A program made the position numbers and the translations under genes. The notes under the pieces were generated by a model. The model ran no database searches. It was not told the DNA's origin and saw nothing but the letters and a program-made list of their open reading frames with translations. 14,605 nt of DNA from contig JBDTZG010000099.1 in NCBI GenBank assembly GCA_040005235.1, forward strand, positions 1 to 14,605, written 5' to 3'. Source of the DNA: Acidobacteriota bacterium. GTDB lineage: Bacteria > Acidobacteriota > Thermoanaerobaculia > Multivoradales > UBA5704. Positions 7,307-14,605 of this stretch are shown here, one piece after another (the stretch's first letter is position 1; every line of letters begins with the position of its first letter).

Positions 7307-8073
7307 GCGCTCACCGGCTGGGCCAGCGCGGCTTCCTGCTCGATCCAGCTGTACCCCTTGGCTTCGAGCTCCAGGGCCAGCTCCTTGCCGCCGCTCCGGA
7401 CGATCCGGCCGTCGACCAGCACGTGGACCCGGTCCGGCACGATGTAGTCGAGCAGCCGCTGGTAGTGGGTGATGACCAGGAACGAGCGCTCCGGGTTGCG
7501 CAGCAGGTTCACCCCTTCCGAGACGATCCGCAGCGCGTCGATGTCGAGGCCCGAATCGGTCTCGTCGAGCACCGCGAAACGCGGTTCGAGCACCGCCATG
7601 TGAAAGATCTCGTTGCGCTTCTTTTCGCCGCCCGAGAAGCCTTCGTTGACCGGCCGATGAAGCAGTCCGTCGTCCATCTGGACCAACTTCATCTTCTCGC
7701 GCACCAGCTTCAAGAAATCGACCGCGTCGATCTCGGGCAGGCCGCGGTGCTTGCGCACGGCGTTCAGCGCCGCCTTCAGGAAGTAGGTGTTCGAGACGCC
7801 GGGGATCTCCACCGGGTATTGAAACGCCATGAACACGCCTTCGCGCGCCCGGATCTCCGGGTCCATGTCGAGCAGGTCCTTGCCGTCGAACAACACCTGG
7901 CCTTCCGTCACTTCATAGGCGTCATGCCCCGCGAGCACGCGGGCGAGAGTGCTCTTGCCCGAACCGTTCGGGCCCATGATCGCGTGGACCTCGCCGGCAC
8001 CGATCTCCAGGTCGACTCCGTGGAGGATCTCGACGCCACCGACGTTCGCGTGCAGATTCTTGATTTGGATCAT
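7303..8073 (-). CDS. sufC: Fe-S cluster assembly ATPase SufC
   Basis: Walker A GPNGSGKST, AFQYPVEIPGV, signature NEGFSGGEKKRNE, Walker B LDETDSGLDIDAL, ITHYQRLL. Confidence 0.97.
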   Translation of the reverse strand: MIQIKNLHANVGGVEILHGVDLEIGAGEVHAIMGPNGSGKSTLARVLAGHDAYEVTEGQVLFDGKDLLDMDPEIRAREGVFMAFQYPVEIPGVSNTYFLKAALNAVRKHRGLPEIDAVDFLKLVREKMKLVQMDDGLLHRPVNEGFSGGEKKRNEIFHMAVLEPRFAVLDETDSGLDIDALRIVSEGVNLLRNPERSFLVITHYQRLLDYIVPDRVHVLVDGRIVRSGGKELALELEAKGYSWIEQEAALAQPVSA

Positions 8074-8097
8074 TCGTTCCGTTTCAGCCGGCCGATT

Positions 8098-9546
<1,449 letters not shown>

Positions 9547-9585
9547 GAGAGTTCTTGTCCGTGCTGATGAGAGTGAAGAGGTTTG

Positions 9586-10053
9586 TCAGGCCGCGGGCGC
9601 GGCCGAAGTTCCGCGGCCGAGCTGAACCAGCCGAACGCCGGGATCGACATTCATCGGCGGCGTCATCTCGGCGAGCGATATCCGATCGAGCGCCTCTTTG
9701 AGCGCCCGGTTGATGCGTTGCCAGTTGTTGCGGGTCGGGCAGACCTGCTCGTGCGAACACTCGCCCGAGAGGTCGATGCACTCGGTGATCGCGATCGGCC
9801 CTTCAAGCGCCGAAATCACCCGGGTCATAGTGATCTCCGCCGCCGGTTCGGCCAAACCGTATCCCCCCCGCACGCCGCGATGAGAGGCCAACAGCCCCTC
9901 GCGGGCGAGCAGCTTGAGCGTCTTGCTCACCATCGGCAGCGGCAGCCCCGTCTCGGCCGCCAGCTCCGGGGAGTTGAACGTCCGTTCCGGATGCGCCGCC
10001 AGGTGGGTCAGCAGGACGATCCCGTAGTCGGTTTGTTTGGTGATTCGAATCAT
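9586..10053 (-). CDS. Rrf2-family SUF-system Fe-S cluster assembly transcriptional regulator
   Basis: MIRITKQTDYG start, winged-HTH SHRGVRGGYGLA, three Cys in ECIDLSGECSHEQVCP; first gene of the suf operon. Confidence 0.93.
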   Translation of the reverse strand: MIRITKQTDYGIVLLTHLAAHPERTFNSPELAAETGLPLPMVSKTLKLLAREGLLASHRGVRGGYGLAEPAAEITMTRVISALEGPIAITECIDLSGECSHEQVCPTRNNWQRINRALKEALDRISLAEMTPPMNVDPGVRLVQLGRGTSAAPAA

Positions 10054-10099
10054 GGCGGGGCGTCTCGGTTATCGGGCTCGCCTTTGAGACCATCCTCGT

Positions 10100-10124
10100 A
10101 AACAGGACCGTTTCAGTACGAATT
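10100..10124. promoter_or_regulatory. Putative Rrf2 operator (25-bp imperfect 9-7-9 palindrome) next to a minus-strand -10 box
   Basis: AAACAGGAC-CGTTTCA-GTACGAATT has IscR-like length and symmetry (AAnnnGnAC half-sites). TACACT lies on the minus strand at 10128-10133, immediately upstream. Confidence 0.5.
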
Positions 10125-10166
10125 CCAAGTGTATCCGCTTCGGCCACAGGAAGCGAGCGAGGGAAT

Positions 10167-10196
10167 TTGACCCGCGTCCGGGAGTTCGGCTAGTCT
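10167..10196 (+). promoter_or_regulatory. Sigma70-type promoter of tRNA-Gln
   Basis: TTGACC (10167-10172), 18 bp spacer, TAGTCT (10191-10196), then a GC-rich discriminator, 15 nt before the tRNA. Confidence 0.6.
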
Positions 10197-10211
10197 CTGC
10201 GCCCGTCCTGC

Positions 10212-10285
10212 TGGGAGGTCGTTCAACGGTAGGACATGCGGCTCTGACCCGCAGAATCGGGGTTCGAATCCCTGCCTCCCAGCCA
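10212..10285 (+). tRNA. trnQ: tRNA-Gln (anticodon CTG)
   Basis: Acceptor stem TGGGAGG/CCTCCCA with G discriminator and encoded CCA; anticodon arm TGCGG-CTCTGAC-CCGCA; T-arm GGTTCGAATCC; U1-A72 pair typical of bacterial tRNA-Gln. Confidence 0.97.
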
Positions 10286-10549
10286 AATCGGACCGACTTA
10301 CAAATCCCGTTCAGCTTTTTCCAAGTTGCCGTCCGGGCACCCTCGGTGCCGTTTCCGGGACCGCCCATCGCATTCCGGTAGATTCAGCGGAGGTTTCGTG
10401 CCCACTGTGGCAACGCCACCGCCGGCGGGCGGGAGGATTGCGTCGCGGCACCTTATTTACATTAGCGCATTTCTGCATTACACATGCGGCGCGGGCTGGC
10501 CCGCACGGCATGACGTTGGACGGGACCGGCCCGAGTAAGGAGTCTCGCT

Positions 10550-10840
10550 ATGTCGTTCCGACGCGACCCCTCCGCCCCCCGCTTGGCCCCCTTCCTCCTG
10601 GCTCTGCTTCTCGGTCTCGGCTCGGCAACGGTCCCGGCGTGGTCGCTCGACCTCGGCACTCTCGTCCGCGAGGCGCCGGGCGCCCTAGCCTCTCGGCTGA
10701 GCGCTCTCTTAGGACTCTGGGCCCAGGATGCGACGACGACCCCCCCGCCGGCCGACGCCACGGCGGCCACCCCCGGTCCAGAGGGCTCCGGCGGTTCGAG
10801 CGATGCCGGAGTGATCATCGACCCGAACGGCAAGCCCTGA
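10550..10840 (+). CDS. Small secreted hypothetical protein (96 aa) with signal peptide, T/P/A/G/S-rich linker and C-terminal GVIIDPNG motif
   Basis: Strong RBS TAAGGAG at 10536-10542, ATG start, Sec-type signal (RR...LAPFLLALLLGLGSATVPAWS), host-like codon usage, downstream hairpin. Confidence 0.8.
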   Translation: MSFRRDPSAPRLAPFLLALLLGLGSATVPAWSLDLGTLVREAPGALASRLSALLGLWAQDATTTPPPADATAATPGPEGSGGSSDAGVIIDPNGKP

Positions 10841-10861
10841 TCCCCACCCCCGGTTGAAGAC

Positions 10862-10885
10862 GGGGCGGCGGATCTCCGCCGCCCC
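10862..10885. terminator. GC-rich hairpin between convergent genes (likely bidirectional terminator)
   Basis: GGGGCGGCGG-ATCT-CCGCCGCCCC forms a perfect 10-bp stem between the stops at 10840 and 10905; U-tracts are weak. Confidence 0.65.
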
Positions 10886-10904
10886 TCCCTATCACGCCCC
10901 AGCG

Positions 10905-13900
10905 TCAGTCGCCGTCGCTCGCCGCCAGAGCGGTACTGCCGACCGACGACCGGCCCGGCTGCTGCCAGAAGAAAAGAGCGTGCTTCTGGGGTTTCGCCCC
11001 CGCTTCGTTGAGCGTTTTGGCGTCGTAAACACGGCCGTTTTGCACCACCGTGTCGATCGAGGTCGTGTTGCGGATATTTTCGAGCGGATTGGCCGAGAGG
11101 ATCACCAGATCCGCGAGCTTGCCCGGTTCGAGCGAACCGATGTCCTTGTCCATCCCGAGGTACTGCGCCCCCCTCAAGGTGGCGGAGCGTAGCGCTTCGA
11201 TCGGGCTCATCCCGCCCTGGACGAACATCCAGAGCTCCCAGTGCGCGCCGAGCCCTTCGCGCTGCCCGTGCGCGCCGAGCTGGACCGAAACCCCGGCGTC
11301 CGAGAGCTTTTTGGCGCCCTCGGCATTTTTGACGTGGGTGTATTCCTCGTCCGGCGCGGTGACTCGACGCCGGGAACGCTCGTCGACGATCTCGCGCGGC
11401 ACGAAGGAGAGGAGTCGCTCGTCCTCCCAGACGTGGGTCTTGTCGTACCAGTAGTTCTCGCCCCAGATGCCGCCGTAGCCGACGATCAGCGTCGGGGTAT
11501 AGCCGACTTTCGTGCCGGACCAGAGCTGGACCACGTCGTTGTAGATCTTGGCCATCGGGAGCGAATGCTCGACGCCGGTATGGCCGTCGACCACCATATT
11601 CATGTTGTGCTGGAACAGCGACCCGCCTTCGGGAACCACCATGATCCCCAACTCGCGGGCCGCGGCGAGCACCTCTTGGCGCTGATCGCGGCGCGGCTGG
11701 TTGTAGCTCTTGACCGAGATCGCGCCAACCGCCTTCATCCGCCGGATGTGGCCGCGAGCATCTTCCAGGTTGTCGATCGGCGCCATGAAGTTCGTGTCGG
11801 CGCCGTAGAGGATGGTGCCGGTCGAGAAGATCCGCGGTCCGGTGATCAGCCCGGCCCGCTGAAGCTCGGCGGCGGCAAATACGGTGGCGGTGTCGTTCGA
11901 CGGATCGTGAAGCGTAGTGACGCCGAAGCCCAGGCTTGCGTAGGTCACCCAGTTCGTCTGGGGAATGATGTCGTCGCTGCCGAACGAGCCGTGCCAGTGG
12001 ACATCGACGATCCCGGGCATGACCGTCTTGCCCTTCCCATCGATCACGAACGCGCCGGCCGGTACCGTGACGCTCGCGCGGGGGCCGACGGCGGCGATCC
12101 GGTTACCGTCGATCACGATCGTTCCGTCCTCGATCACCTCGTCGGTTTGATCGGCGCGGATCGTGATGATCCGCGCACCCACCACCGCGACCTTCCCCTT
12201 CGGAGTGTCGGCCGGAGTCGAGAATCCGATCTGAATTCCGGCGGTCGGCGGTTCCGGCAGCTTCTCAGGTGCACCGGCCAAGAACTCGAAGGAGTCCTTG
12301 AGGTCGCGTTGGAACAGCTCCGGACCCTGAGACCAGTAGAGCCGCTTCGAGTCGCCGGACCAGTGGACGTACCAGCCGGCGTCGCGGGTCACCTTGGCGA
12401 TGGGCAAGTTCTTGCCTTCCCGGTCGAGGGAGAGCGGATCGACGCCGCCGAGCGCGTCGAACGGCGCCACGTAAACGTTCCAGAGGTCGACGAACGCGAC
12501 CCAATCGCCGTCGGGCGAGAGGTGGTACTCGACAGTCTTCTCGCCCTTGGCGACCGTCCGCGAATCCGCGCCGTTCAGGTCGACCGAGAACAGCTCGCTA
12601 CCGTCGTCGGTGAAGCGGGTCAAGTAGATGCGATCGGACGAGGCACCGAACTGCGGCACCGTGCCGTCCTTGCTGACGCGTACCGGATCTCCCCCCAGAG
12701 CGGGCACCCGCCAGACGCCGAGGTCAGTCGACCAGGCGTTGGTCCGCAGGAAGCCGCCCGACATCCGCCGGTAGGCGATCTGCTTGCCATCGGGCGAGAA
12801 GGTAGGTTCGGCGTAGTGGCCGGGGGTCGAAGTTACCTTGCGGCTCTCGCCGCCGATCGCCGGAACGACCCGGACGCTGCCGAGTGCCGTGTCGTCCCAG
12901 GTCGTATAGACGATCGATCGACCATCCCTGGAAAACGACGGAGCCATCTCGATTTCGTCGTTCTGGGTGGTCAACCGCCGGGGCGTACCGTTGGGCAGAT
13001 CGCGGACCCAGAGCTTGCCGAGGGCCTGGTAGACCACCCGGTCGCCGCGCGGCGCCACTTGGACCCAGCGAAGCATCTTCAAGGGAAAGCGCTGCGGCGC
13101 CACTTCGACCGGGAACCGAACCGACTCGAAAACCTCGCGCGTCGATTGGACGTGGAACGGAATGACCGAGACTTTCCTGCTCGCCACGTCCAGGCGGTTG
13201 ATCTTGCCGGCGGCATAAAAGACGATCGACTTCGAATCGGGCGTCCACGACATATGAGGATAGACGCCATGGATCGCCCAGGTCTCCTGGAGATCGCGCT
13301 CCATGCCGTCCCACAGTGGCGAGATCTCGCCCGAGCGTAGGTCCATCACGTGGAGCACGCTCTTGCCGCGAATGCGCCGGATGAACGCCAGAGACTTGCC
13401 ATCCGGCGAAGGGGTCGGCCGGATCGCGCCGCCGGGGCCGGAGATCAGATCCTCGTTCTCGCCGGTCTGGCGGTCGAGCCGCTCGATCACATAGATCTCG
13501 GTATTCGGGTCCTTGTTGTATTCGAAGGTGGTGCCGGTAGTCGCGTCCCGGCTGTAATAGAGATAGCGGCCGTCGGGCGAGAAGGCGGGCTCGCCGATGT
13601 CCTTTTGAAACTTGATGGTCGGCCGCTTGGTCAGGGCGATGCCGCTGCTGCCGCCACCGCGATGGTAGAGCCAGATTTCACCGCTGCCGGCCGAGCGGGT
13701 GGTCGTGAAGTGCTTGCGCCCGGCGAGATAGTTGCCGTCGGGCGTCCAGGTCGGGCTGTTCAGCAGGCGGAAGGTCTCCTTGCTGATCTGCTTCGGATCT
13801 TTCCCCGTCCGGTCGACCGTCCAGAGGTTGTCCCCGCCCCCCTGATCGCTGGTGAACGCGATCCGCTTGCCGTCCGGGCTGTAGGTCGGCTGCTCCTGCC

Positions 13901-14219
13901 AGGCGACGTCGTGGGTCAACGCCTTCGCCGTGCCGCCGGCAATCGGGATCGTATACAGGTCCCCCAAGAGATCGAACGCGATCTCCTTGCCGTCGGGGCT
14001 CACGTCGACGCTCATCCAAGTCCCCTCGTCGACATCGATCGCGACCTCATGCGAAGGCCCCAGGCCGACGGGGGCGTTCACGTCCCATTTTTCTTCTTTC
14101 TTCTCGTCCTTTTTCTCATCTTGCGCGCGGAGCGGAGGGGTGGCTCCCCACTGCGCCGCCAAAAGGATCGGAGCAAGGAGGGCGAGCCCCAAGCGGGCGG
14201 TTCTCTTCATCGTGGTCAT
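10905..14219 (-). CDS. Secreted amidohydrolase-family protein with N-terminal WD40-like (PD40/TolB-type) beta-propellers
   Basis: Signal peptide; repeated (F/W/Y)SPDGK units; C-terminal metallo-amidohydrolase motifs MPGIVDVHWH, SVKSY, GVEHS and GSLEPGKLADLVIL. The start could be ATG 14210, which is better spaced from GAAGGG. Confidence 0.92.
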   Translation of the reverse strand: MTTMKRTARLGLALLAPILLAAQWGATPPLRAQDEKKDEKKEEKWDVNAPVGLGPSHEVAIDVDEGTWMSVDVSPDGKEIAFDLLGDLYTIPIAGGTAKALTHDVAWQEQPTYSPDGKRIAFTSDQGGGDNLWTVDRTGKDPKQISKETFRLLNSPTWTPDGNYLAGRKHFTTTRSAGSGEIWLYHRGGGSSGIALTKRPTIKFQKDIGEPAFSPDGRYLYYSRDATTGTTFEYNKDPNTEIYVIERLDRQTGENEDLISGPGGAIRPTPSPDGKSLAFIRRIRGKSVLHVMDLRSGEISPLWDGMERDLQETWAIHGVYPHMSWTPDSKSIVFYAAGKINRLDVASRKVSVIPFHVQSTREVFESVRFPVEVAPQRFPLKMLRWVQVAPRGDRVVYQALGKLWVRDLPNGTPRRLTTQNDEIEMAPSFSRDGRSIVYTTWDDTALGSVRVVPAIGGESRKVTSTPGHYAEPTFSPDGKQIAYRRMSGGFLRTNAWSTDLGVWRVPALGGDPVRVSKDGTVPQFGASSDRIYLTRFTDDGSELFSVDLNGADSRTVAKGEKTVEYHLSPDGDWVAFVDLWNVYVAPFDALGGVDPLSLDREGKNLPIAKVTRDAGWYVHWSGDSKRLYWSQGPELFQRDLKDSFEFLAGAPEKLPEPPTAGIQIGFSTPADTPKGKVAVVGARIITIRADQTDEVIEDGTIVIDGNRIAAVGPRASVTVPAGAFVIDGKGKTVMPGIVDVHWHGSFGSDDIIPQTNWVTYASLGFGVTTLHDPSNDTATVFAAAELQRAGLITGPRIFSTGTILYGADTNFMAPIDNLEDARGHIRRMKAVGAISVKSYNQPRRDQRQEVLAAARELGIMVVPEGGSLFQHNMNMVVDGHTGVEHSLPMAKIYNDVVQLWSGTKVGYTPTLIVGYGGIWGENYWYDKTHVWEDERLLSFVPREIVDERSRRRVTAPDEEYTHVKNAEGAKKLSDAGVSVQLGAHGQREGLGAHWELWMFVQGGMSPIEALRSATLRGAQYLGMDKDIGSLEPGKLADLVILSANPLENIRNTTSIDTVVQNGRVYDAKTLNEAGAKPQKHALFFWQQPGRSSVGSTALAASDGD

Positions 14220-14428
14220 CCCTTCGAGGTTTTGGTCCGGAGCTTGATACGCGGACGCGGCGCCCAGGTTTTCTTGGTCGCTGGCCGGGAAAGGGGAGTT
14301 TAACGCGAGCGGCAGGGTCCGTCGCTTGAGCGCGAGGCGGTTCAGCCCACTGGTGATCTGGCCCGGTTCAGTTCGTCGTTACGGCCACGGAGGTCGACTT
14401 CCCGGCCCCGATCGCCGCCATCAGCCCC

Positions 14429-14516
14429 GGGAAGTCACTTCCTGGCGTGGGAAGTCGCTTCCTGGTCTGGGAAGTCACTTCCTGGCTTGGGAAGTCGCTT
14501 CCTGGTCTGGGAAGTC
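14429..14516. repeat. Tandem array of 20-bp palindromic units (about 4.4 copies)
   Basis: GGGAAGTC(A/G)CTTCCTGGNNT at 14429, 14449, 14469 and 14489, plus a partial copy at 14509. Each unit contains GGAAG-N3-CTTCC. Confidence 0.93.
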
Positions 14517-14584
14517 CCCTATCTGCCAATGTCGAGTGAGACACGAGACTCCCTATCTGCCAATGTCGAGTGAGACACGAGACT
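14517..14584. repeat. Perfect 34-bp tandem duplication
   Basis: CCCTATCTGCCAATGTCGAGTGAGACACGAGACT at 14517-14550 and 14551-14584. Confidence 0.93.
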
Positions 14585-14605
14585 TCCGATAGCTTAGGTC
14601 TCACC

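Noticed and set aside
10286-10450. Island integrated at tRNA-Gln
   Set aside because: No duplicate of the tRNA 3' end and no integrase in the window; downstream genes have host-like composition.
14429-14584. Possible CRISPR array
   Set aside because: Repeats are head-to-tail with no unique spacers of about 30-40 nt, and no cas genes are in the window.
14326-14604. ORFs 14326..14592 (+) and 14368..14604 (-)
   Set aside because: They are made of translated 20- and 34-bp repeats, whose lengths are not multiples of 3; likely spurious, though the minus-strand one is open at the window edge.

Overview
High-GC bacterial window; an Acidobacteriota/Thermoanaerobaculia-like origin is inferred from gene style only. 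The core is a minus-strand SUF Fe-S assembly operon (Rrf2 regulator-sufB-sufC-sufD-sufS-sufU-sufT). It runs on through 4-nt stop/start overlaps into a DUF3108-like secreted protein and a Cys-motif BNR/Asp-box beta-propeller lipoprotein. Divergent from it are tRNA-Gln(CTG), a small secreted orphan ending in GVIIDPNG, and a convergent 1104-aa PD40-propeller/amidohydrolase, followed by two abutting tandem-repeat arrays at the right edge. The left 1.9 kb is the most unusual part. A near-3' segment of the lipoprotein gene is directly duplicated (1-65 = 1874-1938). The two copies bracket an integrase-less, lower-GC cassette with one orphan membrane protein and a 474-bp MITE-like element (24-bp TIRs, 10-bp TSD). 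That element in turn encloses an inverted REP-like pair around an apparent decayed IS200/RAYT tnpA C-terminus.
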